Shown here piece by piece: positions 17,038-25,339 of a stretch of 57,959 nucleotides of DNA (positions are counted from its first letter, which is position 1; the number at the start of each line of letters is the position of its first letter). The translations under genes were made by a program, and so were the position numbers. The notes below the pieces were generated by a model that saw nothing but the letters and a program-made list of their open reading frames with translations, ran no database searches and was not told the DNA's origin. Source of the DNA: a virus; the IMG/VR virus record IMGVR_UViG_3300045391_001776; one strand, 5' to 3'.

Positions 17038-19092
17038 CTATGGGAATGTTTCCAGCGTCGCGTTAAGGTAGTGAGTGCCGGACGCCGAACTGAGCGTACA
17101 GCTAATGGTCAACTTATCGCCGCTCGCAAATACAACGCTATGCGTCGAGTCGATTTTGATTAATCCGGTGTCCGCCGAGGTCAGCGTAACGGTAAGAGTA
17201 GTGTCGACACCATTTTTACGAACCGTGATTACCGCAGTTTCTGCACCGGTCAGAGCGGAGTCTATCTTCACCCGCAATCCCGAAACGGTACATGCCGGCA
17301 TCGGGATATTTACATCGGCTTCCGTCGACGAAGATCCGCCAATATATCCACCGAAATACTTCGTTGTGCCTTGCGTCTGAGCCTGGTTGTTGAACAACAT
17401 CGGTGCATACGGCAGCAACACACCAAACACATCGTTCGGAAGTACCCAGCAGTTACCGTCGAAGTTTGCGTTAGAGTCGAATAGGAGGAAATCGTCAACC
17501 GAGCCATCGAACGCATATATAAAGTTTGCGTTTTCACTGACAGACGCTAGCGCCGACCCAAGCAAGGTACCATTTTTATAAATACCAAATGCCATACCGC
17601 CGGTCGCTCGCGTACAAGCGAAATTCGTAAGCACACAAGAACGGACCGGAAAACGCGCTCGACTTTTCGTGTTGTTGTTCTCGTTCGTACCCCAGTTTCC
17701 GACGGAGTGGGCGTTACTTGGTGTACCACCGCCTGAATTGAAACTGAGCCCAAGCGGAGAACCGATACTGGTTCCAAAAAGTTTGGCAATAAAACTAACG
17801 CCGATATCATTAGTGGCGCCAAATGTTGCGGACGTCACAACTTTTACAGCGATTAAGTCGCCCTTCTCGAAGAAAACCGAATTCGTAAGATCCTGACCGG
17901 TCGTAGCGCCGGCTCCAATCGTAAAAGTTAGCGCCGTATCCGCCGCATTTTTTCGCAGAGTGACTACAATGGATTGTCCAACCGGGACGGCAGAAGACAG
18001 CAATCCAATAAGAGACGAGACGGTCGTCGGATACTGTACCGACATCGAAACGTTGGCTTCTGTGGTTGCTGCTGCTCCGCCGACTACGGAAAGGTATCTT
18101 GTAGCGGCCTGCGGAAGATTCACGCCACCGCATGCAACGACACCGAGGGGCTGCGCCACTCCAGAAGACGATACGCCGATGCAGCGAAAACCACCCAAAG
18201 TGGAGTCGTACTCGGCGATAATAAACATGTTCGCTTTGAGCGCGCCGATGATCAGCGCCGATCCAGACTGGTCGTAGAGAGTAACTGCACCAAGACCGCT
18301 TACGTTTACCGTCGGATTCGTAACAGTGTTGGCCAAGTTTGATTTACGAAACGCCAGCATTCGCTTGGTTTCGTACGACGTCCACGGAACCAATGGGGTA
18401 ACGACCAGAGCATCGGCGGTACCGGTATCCAGAACCGTGAACCCCTCGAGCGGACGAGACCGCAAACCGATAACTCGGAAACCGCCAGTTCCGGTATCCA
18501 ACGTGCTGTCGTACACGACCTCACGAATACCCTTCAGCGCGCCGGCGTCGATACCTCCACCGTTTTCGTTATAGAGCTTCTTTGCGCCAAGGGCGTTTGG
18601 GTTAAGCGTGGGGACGTTGGAGGTATTGGTGTTGCCGAACAGTACACGGTACTTCGCACCAGTAACCAACGCCGTCGGCGCTGGCGTAAAAGTGCAGGTG
18701 TAAGTATCGGTACCGGCAGAAGCCGCGTAATTGTTTGGTCCCTGCAATGTCTTCGTGCCGGTAACCAGTTCGTCGCTGTCCAGCTGTGAAAAGCGCTCGA
18801 GCGTTTCCTGCGTCGTCGCGACAAGGCTGACTGAGGTTCCAGTGGGCCAGGCACGAGCTGTCGTGCTCTCCTGGCCACGAACCATGACACTGAATTGATC
18901 GGTCGCTCGGGTTGTTACCTTGACGATCTCGTAGTTCGTTCCGTCCGTGATCTTTACCTTGAAAAACCCATCCGCGGTCGTCGGAAACTTAACGCCATCG
19001 CCCGTACCAATATCGGCCACGGTCGCGACATTCGTAATCGGAGCGGCGAGCGTCGATGACGCAATGTTTTTCCACTTCTGCTTTGAGCTCAT
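17038..19092 (-). CDS. Tail fibre/spike protein with internally duplicated domains (684 aa)
   Basis: Fibre-like N-terminus (FPTTADGFFKVKITDGTNYEIVKVTTR..VRGQE). Paired repeats: ...YDSTLDTGTGGFRVIGL / ...YDSTLGGFRCIGV and ...VTLRKNAADTALTFT / ...ITVRKNGVDTTLTVT. Confidence 0.65.
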   Translation of the reverse strand: MSSKQKWKNIASSTLAAPITNVATVADIGTGDGVKFPTTADGFFKVKITDGTNYEIVKVTTRATDQFSVMVRGQESTTARAWPTGTSVSLVATTQETLERFSQLDSDELVTGTKTLQGPNNYAASAGTDTYTCTFTPAPTALVTGAKYRVLFGNTNTSNVPTLNPNALGAKKLYNENGGGIDAGALKGIREVVYDSTLDTGTGGFRVIGLRSRPLEGFTVLDTGTADALVVTPLVPWTSYETKRMLAFRKSNLANTVTNPTVNVSGLGAVTLYDQSGSALIIGALKANMFIIAEYDSTLGGFRCIGVSSSGVAQPLGVVACGGVNLPQAATRYLSVVGGAAATTEANVSMSVQYPTTVSSLIGLLSSAVPVGQSIVVTLRKNAADTALTFTIGAGATTGQDLTNSVFFEKGDLIAVKVVTSATFGATNDIGVSFIAKLFGTSIGSPLGLSFNSGGGTPSNAHSVGNWGTNENNNTKSRARFPVRSCVLTNFACTRATGGMAFGIYKNGTLLGSALASVSENANFIYAFDGSVDDFLLFDSNANFDGNCWVLPNDVFGVLLPYAPMLFNNQAQTQGTTKYFGGYIGGSSSTEADVNIPMPACTVSGLRVKIDSALTGAETAVITVRKNGVDTTLTVTLTSADTGLIKIDSTHSVVFASGDKLTISCTLSSASGTHYLNATLETFP

Positions 19093-19095
19093 TAT

Positions 19096-19599
19096 TTACC
19101 TTCCAATTTCTCGATCAGCTCTAACCAGCGCCTGGCATGCCGAAAGCTGCAGCGCTACTTCGTCTGCTTCTCCGGCAAGACCGAGAAGAAACTCAGTAGC
19201 CTCTCGCGAAAGTTCGCGGCACGCTCCACCATCACGTCCGCCGGCGGCGGCGCCAACTTCGCGTCCCCAATCGATACAGGCACCTTTGCGGGTTCCAGGG
19301 TCGAACAGCCGTATATCCCCAGCGCGCACAGCAACAACATCGGAATCGCGTTTGCGTTTCGCATCGGAAAGCTGCCTTTGATAGTTGGTTGAGATGCGAG
19401 CGACCTCGTCGGCGTGCTTCTGTTCTCGCCGACGGCGGTCCTCCTCGAGAGCGACAATCTTGGCGTTCGCAGCGACAAGCTCAGCGCTTTCGCGTGACTT
19501 CCACTCCCCTTCCCCGACGGCCTTACCGTCGGCGCGGCCGTAGAAATAACAACCGATCGCGATCGCAACCGCGGCGAGAATTGCCCAAGGATTAATCAA
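19096..19599 (-). CDS. Rz: i-spanin (Rz-like)
   Basis: Candidate TTG start overlaps the holin stop (TTGA). N-terminal TMD WAILAAVAIAIGCYFYG, then a charged coiled coil with an AVRAGDIRL-type Rz segment. The longer 256-aa ORF is a frame artefact. Confidence 0.7.
   Translation of the reverse strand: MINPWAILAAVAIAIGCYFYGRADGKAVGEGEWKSRESAELVAANAKIVALEEDRRRREQKHADEVARISTNYQRQLSDAKRKRDSDVVAVRAGDIRLFDPGTRKGACIDWGREVGAAAGGRDGGACRELSREATEFLLGLAGEADEVALQLSACQALVRADREIGR
19155..19364 (-). CDS. Rz1: o-spanin lipoprotein (Rz1-like), fully embedded out of frame in Rz
   Basis: ATG at 19364. MRNANAIPMLLLCALGIYGCS is a signal peptide with a lipobox-like Cys; the mature part is short and Pro-rich (LAPPPADV). 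Embedded architecture as in lambda Rz/Rz1. Confidence 0.7.
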   Translation of the reverse strand: MRNANAIPMLLLCALGIYGCSTLEPAKVPVSIGDAKLAPPPADVMVERAANFRERLLSFFSVLPEKQTK

Positions 19600-19946
19600 G
19601 ACTGCACCTGCTGCGGTACTGGTTCGGGCGCAGGGCCGCGAAGGATCCGAGCTACAATCGGCGATATCCACAAACCACCGTAAATCGTGAAGTAGCCCTC
19701 GGTCATGGTCTTGTGGATGGTCATGTGAATCATCATCCACGTCGTCATCAGGAACGCGCCGAGCATCACGACTGCGATCTTCGAAACCTTCCCGTTCTCC
19801 ATGATGATGTCGGTTAGGTCGAACTGTGCGCGCCGATGGTCGCGATGCAGGGCCACCAGAGTCCAAATAAGGACCATCAGGCCAACCGCAAGGAATGTGA
19901 GCAACGGATCGATTGCAGACAGATAGGGAGAGATGGTTTCAAACAC
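19596..19946 (-). CDS. Holin-like membrane protein (116 aa)
   Basis: Several hydrophobic helices. Sits between the endolysin and Rz, with an 8-nt overlap with the endolysin stop. Confidence 0.6.
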   Translation of the reverse strand: MFETISPYLSAIDPLLTFLAVGLMVLIWTLVALHRDHRRAQFDLTDIIMENGKVSKIAVVMLGAFLMTTWMMIHMTIHKTMTEGYFTIYGGLWISPIVARILRGPAPEPVPQQVQS

Positions 19947-20523
19947 GCTGGATCTCCTTTAGCGTTTCCATTGCGCGGTTGTAGTAGTTCAACCGCTGAG
20001 TCCAACCGTTTGGCGTCACAGCCGAACCGCGAAGCCGCTCAGGCATGTTTACGATCTGGCAACAAAGCAGAAAGTCACCTTTGTCCGCAGCTTCCATGCA
20101 CCCAGAAGAGGAGAAGAACAAAGCTGCGCTACGGCACGCTGGTACCACCTGGCACAGCATTCGAGGATTTTTCAGAAGAACTGTCTCGTCCCCGAACAGC
20201 GCCTGGGACGCCTTCTTGTAATTCAGGTATCCGGTCGTCTGCATAAACCCACGACCCTTGAACCAAGGACCCGCGCGACCGTCCGGTGCCCAAGCTTTCG
20301 CCTCTGGAAGGTTGTTCCCGAGGTCTACTCGATTTTCGTACGCTTCACCTGTTGCGATCTCTTCGGTGTAGCGAAACTCCATACTCTCGTGCGCGATGTT
20401 CGGTAAAAACATCGCCATCCGATTTAACGTATTGATTTGGTAGTCCGCCATCGCATTAGAAAGCGGAATAAAAACGGAGAACGGCGCATGCGGAATGATC
20501 CGCATCAACTGTTCTTGATTCAC
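19939..20523 (-). CDS. Endolysin, glycoside hydrolase family 19 (chitinase-like)
   Basis: NIAHESMEFRYTEE...FKGRGFMQTTGYLNYKK matches the GH19 catalytic Glu pair and the G-R-G-xxQ-xT-G motif. Confidence 0.75.
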   Translation of the reverse strand: MNQEQLMRIIPHAPFSVFIPLSNAMADYQINTLNRMAMFLPNIAHESMEFRYTEEIATGEAYENRVDLGNNLPEAKAWAPDGRAGPWFKGRGFMQTTGYLNYKKASQALFGDETVLLKNPRMLCQVVPACRSAALFFSSSGCMEAADKGDFLLCCQIVNMPERLRGSAVTPNGWTQRLNYYNRAMETLKEIQRV

Positions 20524-20765
20524 TCACACACCCTATTCGGCTTAACGCCGTAAATCTGATACTGCGTTTGCTGCTCCATTAGGCAAGACATGTGCGCAAC
20601 CTGCGCCTGTATCTCTCTCGACCTCACTTCAACTGTCGTCTTGGCGTCCTGGGCGAGCGCGGACGCACTGGCAACGTCGTTCTTCAGCGACCACCATCCT
20701 GTCGCGCACACCGCCACAACCACGATTAGCGATCCGCATGCAGAAAGCAGATGTCCGAACTTCAT
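20520..20765 (-). CDS. Small N-terminally anchored membrane protein upstream of the endolysin (81 aa)
   Basis: Start moved to ATG 20765 (MKFGHLLSACGSLIVVVAVCATGWW). ATGA-coupled to the endolysin. Could be a lysis regulator or second holin. Confidence 0.45.
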   Translation of the reverse strand: MKFGHLLSACGSLIVVVAVCATGWWSLKNDVASASALAQDAKTTVEVRSREIQAQVAHMSCLMEQQTQYQIYGVKPNRVCE

Positions 20766-20829
20766 CGTGACGCGGTACTCCGTGATGTCTCTTTGATCGC
20801 CTGACGCCATACGCCGTCTCCTTAAGCAG

Positions 20830-21552
20830 CTACCCGGTGGGTCTTTCCGTTTCAACTTGTTCACTGCGAACCTTCGGCGACGCGAAGCGGTCCGACTGAA
20901 ACTTCACGCCGAGAAGGTTGAAAAAGTTGCGGTAGTGATTGCCCGCTCGAGCGTAGTTCGGGGTAGTCTCCGAATCGCGAGCGAAACAGCGGTACAGCAT
21001 CCATTCGATAAGAGCTGGGGCGTATACATCCGAGACGGTCAGCAAGTCGTTCTCGTCTGGATCCGAAGCTTCGTTGTCGAGGATCGTGATATCGGTTGGG
21101 GCTTTTGACCAAACCGCCTCGATCTTCTGGCCAGCAATGCCAGGCGGGCTGACCCAGAATGTCGTCGGCGCACGATCGTCAAACAGATATTCCTTCGTAA
21201 CAGCGTTGGCGATATCCGCATGCCAGTCGGGGTTGAATCCCTCTTTCAGCTCGCGGGCAACAGGGCCGATGATTGCGCGGCCAGGAGTCGTTCCGCCGGC
21301 CCCCATGTTTCGAACGACAGACAGAAGACGAAGCCCGCCCGCCGGCAAACTCTGCTTCGTTCCATCAACGAGAGTGATGTTCCCTGTCGTAGCTGTGCAG
21401 TCCGGGCGCACTAGGGCGGCGGCGCGCTGTGCGTCGTTAACCCACTCGATCAACTGATCTTCGGTCCACGTAACGCTGGCGGGAATGTTGTTGGTGGTGT
21501 CGTAGTCCTGGAGAATTTCCGCGACTCGAGCCGCTATCGCGATAGCTTTCAC
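20830..21552 (-). CDS. Head-tail joining/virion structural protein (240 aa)
   Basis: Position between the head genes and the lysis/tail genes. ATGA-coupled to the upstream gene. Confidence 0.4.
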   Translation of the reverse strand: MKAIAIAARVAEILQDYDTTNNIPASVTWTEDQLIEWVNDAQRAAALVRPDCTATTGNITLVDGTKQSLPAGGLRLLSVVRNMGAGGTTPGRAIIGPVARELKEGFNPDWHADIANAVTKEYLFDDRAPTTFWVSPPGIAGQKIEAVWSKAPTDITILDNEASDPDENDLLTVSDVYAPALIEWMLYRCFARDSETTPNYARAGNHYRNFFNLLGVKFQSDRFASPKVRSEQVETERPTG

Positions 21553-22187
21553 GCGAGAGCCCTCGGAGCCACAACTCCGCCACCCTGCCCGCTAGCCAGC
21601 AACTTTCGGTTGCGGGCACTCTGTACGAAGCGGTTGAATGCGTTTTCGTTGTAGGTAGCCAGGCCAGCATCGCTCCACGGCCGTCCACGCATCGCGAACA
21701 GACGCTTCTTGGCGCCGGCGACGATACCGTCCAGGTACTTCTTGAACAGGACATCGTCAGCGTCCTCCGAGTCCCGCGTCGGCTTGACGGTAACCAGCAG
21801 CTGAATACCGTCTATCACCGGGTCGACCGGGATCGGTACCAGAATGAACTCCGTCTCATTGATCTGCGTGATGTAACTCGGCGTTCCAGTCTCGGAGCGC
21901 CAGTCTGAAAACAACTTTGCCAGCTCTGCGATGGTTTTCGGCGTCAACGGCGAGCCGTCGTAGTACGCCTGCTCGATCGAACACACCTCGGTGTCAGTAG
22001 GCGGAGCGAAACTGTAGGTGCCCTGATCGGCCACGGACGACACAGGGTCATGCTGGACAACGACGATCTGCGTCCGCTCGCAGAACTCGATCGCCGCATT
22101 ACGCACCGCGTTCAATAGCACGTCGTCCGGACACTGCGGCATGTCCGGGCGCAATTCCTTGAAGAACTCGGTGTAGTCCGTGGCCAT
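21549..22187 (-). CDS. Head-tail joining/virion structural protein (212 aa)
   Basis: Module position only. Confidence 0.4.
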   Translation of the reverse strand: MATDYTEFFKELRPDMPQCPDDVLLNAVRNAAIEFCERTQIVVVQHDPVSSVADQGTYSFAPPTDTEVCSIEQAYYDGSPLTPKTIAELAKLFSDWRSETGTPSYITQINETEFILVPIPVDPVIDGIQLLVTVKPTRDSEDADDVLFKKYLDGIVAGAKKRLFAMRGRPWSDAGLATYNENAFNRFVQSARNRKLLASGQGGGVVAPRALA

Positions 22188-22193
22188 CGTCGA

Positions 22194-22619
22194 TTACTCA
22201 GCCGGCAACGTCTTGCCGTTCACATCGCACGGGATCATGTCGCCGCGCGAAAGAAGGTGCTTATCCGCTTCGAATACGCGGCCATTCGTGGGGTGGCGCA
22301 GATACTTCACGCCAGCCTTACGGTTCGATGGCGGCGGTACCACGACCGGTGCCGGCGAAGTTGCTTGCGGCGCTTCTTCGGTAGCGACCGCTTCCGTGGG
22401 CGGGGCGATCGTTTCGGCTTCGGTTTCTCCTTCCGGCGGAGGCAGATCCGCGTCGGCCTTATTCTTGGCGGCGAGCTCTGCCAGGTTCTTGACCATGACC
22501 ACGAGATCCTTCTTCAGGAGACTCACGTCGATTTCCTGGCCAAACTCACGCAAGGCGTAATCGGCCAGCTCGTCCTTCGTCATGTCGTCGATCGGTTTTT
22601 CGGTATTCAGTGTCTCCAC
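22194..22619 (-). CDS. Hypothetical head-module protein with an acidic Pro/Ala-rich linker (141 aa)
   Basis: N-terminal helical segment (KDELADYALREFG), low-complexity linker, C-terminal basic domain. Confidence 0.4.
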   Translation of the reverse strand: METLNTEKPIDDMTKDELADYALREFGQEIDVSLLKKDLVVMVKNLAELAAKNKADADLPPPEGETEAETIAPPTEAVATEEAPQATSPAPVVVPPPSNRKAGVKYLRHPTNGRVFEADKHLLSRGDMIPCDVNGKTLPAE

Positions 22620-22645
22620 TTCGGGTCTCCTTTTGAGATTTGTGA

Positions 22646-23146
22646 TTAGTCCGACTCTTCGATTCCGAGCACGAACGTGAACTTCTCTTGGGCAATCGGC
22701 GCATACGCGTTGCGAGCGACCGGCACGCCGTAGAGAGACGTAACGCCATCCGGTAGGTCGACAACCAAGTTCTGGTTCGACAGAACATTGAAAGCGTTAC
22801 CGCCGGCGCCTGACGTCGCGTCACCGCTCTTGGCGTTGCCGGTGAGAAACGAAAGAACGCCGACACAGGTCAACATCTCGGCATCCGTCGGCGTATACGC
22901 GGCGTTGTCAGCGTCCGGTGTCTGACTCGCGCTGAAAAGGAACAGGTCGATACTCGGTCCCGTGGCCACGAACGCACTGTCGATAAGCATCGCGGACACG
23001 ATCTTGACCCCCTCGCCCCCAACGCGTGCTACGTTCGAGAACGTCAGAACAGCCGGGGTATCGTTCGCGATCACGTCACCAGCCGCATAGGCGGTCGTGT
23101 CGTTCGGGCGCGTTACGCTCGCCGTGACTTGCTTGTAGTTGGCCAT
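22646..23146 (-). CDS. Head-accessory/decoration-like protein (166 aa)
   Basis: Beta-rich. Third of three small genes after the coat gene. Confidence 0.4.
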   Translation of the reverse strand: MANYKQVTASVTRPNDTTAYAAGDVIANDTPAVLTFSNVARVGGEGVKIVSAMLIDSAFVATGPSIDLFLFSASQTPDADNAAYTPTDAEMLTCVGVLSFLTGNAKSGDATSGAGGNAFNVLSNQNLVVDLPDGVTSLYGVPVARNAYAPIAQEKFTFVLGIEESD

Positions 23147-23160
23147 CGGAACTCCTTCCC

Positions 23161-23186
23161 AAAAAAATGGCGGCCCGAAGGCCGCC
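23161..23186 (-). terminator. GC hairpin with UUCG loop plus U-run, downstream of 23194..23793
   Basis: Minus strand: GGCGGCC-UUCG-GGCCGCC followed by AUUUUUUU. Confidence 0.7.
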
Positions 23187-23193
23187 GTTGTCG

Positions 23194-23793
23194 TTACACG
23201 CCGCCGGCGTTGATCCAGGTAAACTCGATGGTTCCCGTGAACTTGCCCGTACCAGACGTATGGGTGGCGTCATCCGCGATCGCGAAGTTGAGGTACATGT
23301 CGGCAGGCGTGACGCGCCCGTCGATGTGACGACTTCCAGACTCCGTGAGCTGCGTTGCAATCGGGAACGCGATCACGGCCGAGACCTTGGCCGCCGCAGT
23401 ACCGATGGCAGTGGACTGCAGGAACGTCGCTTCCGTCGTCACCAGCGTGGCGCCGGTGCCGGCAGTCGCCGAACCGAGCGCGACCACACCCGTGTAGGTG
23501 TCGATAATCGTCCCCGTCACGCCGAGGGTCAGGTTTCCCTTCACGACTGCGCTGAGGACGTTGATCACACCGGGCGGGAAGTCGTACACCTTCACGCCGC
23601 CATACTGGGCGACGCCGGCGTCGTCGGTGATCGTGATCGGCGTGTTGGTGAGAGTGAGGACGGTACGGTGCAATACGGCGTCGCCGCATTCGCACGCGAC
23701 GATTGACGAATGACTCGCCGCACCGTTTCCGTACTCGTTTTTCGGCACCCCTGAGGTAATCAGTTCGCCGATACTGAGTGATTCGTAACGCAT
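23194..23793 (-). CDS. Head-accessory/decoration-like protein (199 aa)
   Basis: Gly/Thr/Ala-rich and beta-rich. Bounded by hairpins on both sides. Confidence 0.4.
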   Translation of the reverse strand: MRYESLSIGELITSGVPKNEYGNGAASHSSIVACECGDAVLHRTVLTLTNTPITITDDAGVAQYGGVKVYDFPPGVINVLSAVVKGNLTLGVTGTIIDTYTGVVALGSATAGTGATLVTTEATFLQSTAIGTAAAKVSAVIAFPIATQLTESGSRHIDGRVTPADMYLNFAIADDATHTSGTGKFTGTIEFTWINAGGV

Positions 23794-23807
23794 AAATGTT
23801 CTCCTTC

Positions 23808-23840
23808 AGAACAAAAGGAAACGGCCCCCGAAGGGGCCGT
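23808..23840 (-). terminator. GC hairpin with UUCG loop plus U-rich tail, downstream of 23862..24299
   Basis: Minus strand: ACGGCCCC-UUCG-GGGGCCGU followed by UUCCUUUUGUU. Confidence 0.65.
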
Positions 23841-23861
23841 TAATCACACATGGCGAATCGC

Positions 23862-24299
23862 TTACGCGGCGTGCGCCTGCATCGGAATGATGAGCGCCGT
23901 GACCTCGATGACGCCAGTCGTGAGACCGCTCGCGTGCATCGCCTTCAGGTCGATGGTGTCATCGGCGGCGTACATCTTGCCCTTGGCAAAGGCTTCCGCG
24001 CTCGCCATGCTGGCGTCCGTCGCGTTGGCCGTGGCGGTATCCATACCGTCGATGTAGCCGTCAGTGGTAGCGCCGTCGCCAATGTCGCAGGTGGTGCTCG
24101 CGGCGTCTGCCGTAATCACGCGCGCGGTCACGTTCATCACGTAGTCGAACGCCTTCACGGCGATCAGCTGCGCGACTTCGTTCTGCGCGAGATTCTGCTT
24201 CGACGCATCGAAACGACGAGTAACCAGGCGGCCGATGGCCAACGTCTCGGACGACTTGTGGTTGGTATTGCTTTTGGTCAGATCAAACGGGCTTGGCAT
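23862..24299 (-). CDS. Head-accessory/decoration-like protein (145 aa)
   Basis: Immediately downstream of the coat gene and its hairpin. Confidence 0.4.
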   Translation of the reverse strand: MPSPFDLTKSNTNHKSSETLAIGRLVTRRFDASKQNLAQNEVAQLIAVKAFDYVMNVTARVITADAASTTCDIGDGATTDGYIDGMDTATANATDASMASAEAFAKGKMYAADDTIDLKAMHASGLTTGVIEVTALIIPMQAHAA

Positions 24300-24311
24300 A
24301 ACTCACCTCAT

Positions 24312-24352
24312 GAAAAGAAAACGGCCCCTGTCCTTTCAAGTTAAGGGGCCGT
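24312..24352 (-). terminator. 9-bp GC hairpin downstream of the coat gene, U/T-runs on both strands
   Basis: ACGGCCCCU (24321-29) pairs with AGGGGCCGU (24344-52). UUUCUUUUC follows on the minus strand and TTTTT on the plus strand. Confidence 0.6.
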
Positions 24353-24394
24353 TTTTGGTTTACTGGAGAGACGCCGCGATTACAGGCTTATGAA

Positions 24395-25264
24395 TTAAGC
24401 CTTGTATGCAGGCGCGTAGACGAGGGCGTCCGCCTTCGACGTCTTGAACCCGTACACGTTCAGACCACGAATGGCATCGCCAAACGTGTTCTGGAGGCGC
24501 AGGGTTTCCGTCTTGACGAACTGGCTGGCGAACGTCACCGCGTCGCGGGTACCCGCCAACACCTTCGTCGGCACGCTCGAGCTTGCGCCCGTGCCACTGA
24601 GGTTGTTGTTGGAGTACAGCGTAAAGCGGTCGATCATGCCGAGCTTGCCGGTACGCAGCGTGCTCTTGCCATCGCCGGTGAGGCTGGCGTCCTTGAGGTC
24701 CGACTTCTTGATCATACCGGCGATCCACGGCGGGATGACCAGCCAACGACCCGTTTCCGGAACGTTGAGCTCGTCCATCTTCACGCCGATGTCGACGATC
24801 CAGTCGAGGACGTTGGTCTTGGTCACCAGCGTCGACGTATGCGAGGTCGTCGCATCCGCGTACACCGAACCAAACACCTGCTGCTCGACCGTGATCTTCA
24901 TCTGCTCGGCCGCGTCCTGGGTGGACTCGTTCATCACGTTGATGTCCGACTGAGCGGCATCCACGTCGTCGACCTTGAAGGCGTAGTACTTCGCCTTGTC
25001 GATCGTCAGCTCGATCTTGTCGTCACCGAGGTCCTGATAGTTGATGGTGCCGTTGGCGGTGTAGTCGCCGATGTTGATCGTCGGACGAATACGGATGTGG
25101 ACTTTGGAACCGGCGCCTTTGATCTCCCCTTCCCAATCGTGATTCGTGATGTCGTTGAGGCAGGTCGAGGCGTAGAACTTTGCCTGGAGTTTTTTGCTCC
25201 AGACTTCCGGTACGAAATTACCATTCGGGAGGTTTGCGCCCGTACGCGCGACTGAAGTAGGCAT
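24395..25264 (-). CDS. Major capsid protein (P22 coat-like family)
   Basis: 289 aa, directly after the scaffold gene. N-terminal ...FVPEVWSKKLQAKFY... and overall pattern resemble P22-type coat proteins. Confidence 0.7.
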   Translation of the reverse strand: MPTSVARTGANLPNGNFVPEVWSKKLQAKFYASTCLNDITNHDWEGEIKGAGSKVHIRIRPTINIGDYTANGTINYQDLGDDKIELTIDKAKYYAFKVDDVDAAQSDINVMNESTQDAAEQMKITVEQQVFGSVYADATTSHTSTLVTKTNVLDWIVDIGVKMDELNVPETGRWLVIPPWIAGMIKKSDLKDASLTGDGKSTLRTGKLGMIDRFTLYSNNNLSGTGASSSVPTKVLAGTRDAVTFASQFVKTETLRLQNTFGDAIRGLNVYGFKTSKADALVYAPAYKA

Positions 25265-25339
25265 TGTGAAATGCTCCAGCTAAAGCGGACTCGGCCGTCA
25301 TCTTTAAGCCCTCATCGGGGCCGACGGTCGACCACTTGG

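Noticed and set aside
17038-19092. Diversity-generating retroelement or invertible shufflon acting on the tail fibre
   Set aside because: No reverse transcriptase, no template-repeat/variable-repeat nucleotide pair and no invertase or inverted crossover sites were found. The repeats are at protein-domain level only.
19096-19866. 256-aa ORF covering the Rz region and extending through the holin gene
   Set aside because: The 5' 89 codons overlap the holin in another frame and encode Asp/His/Arg junk. The Rz-like part begins at the TMD near 19599, so I called only 19096..19599.
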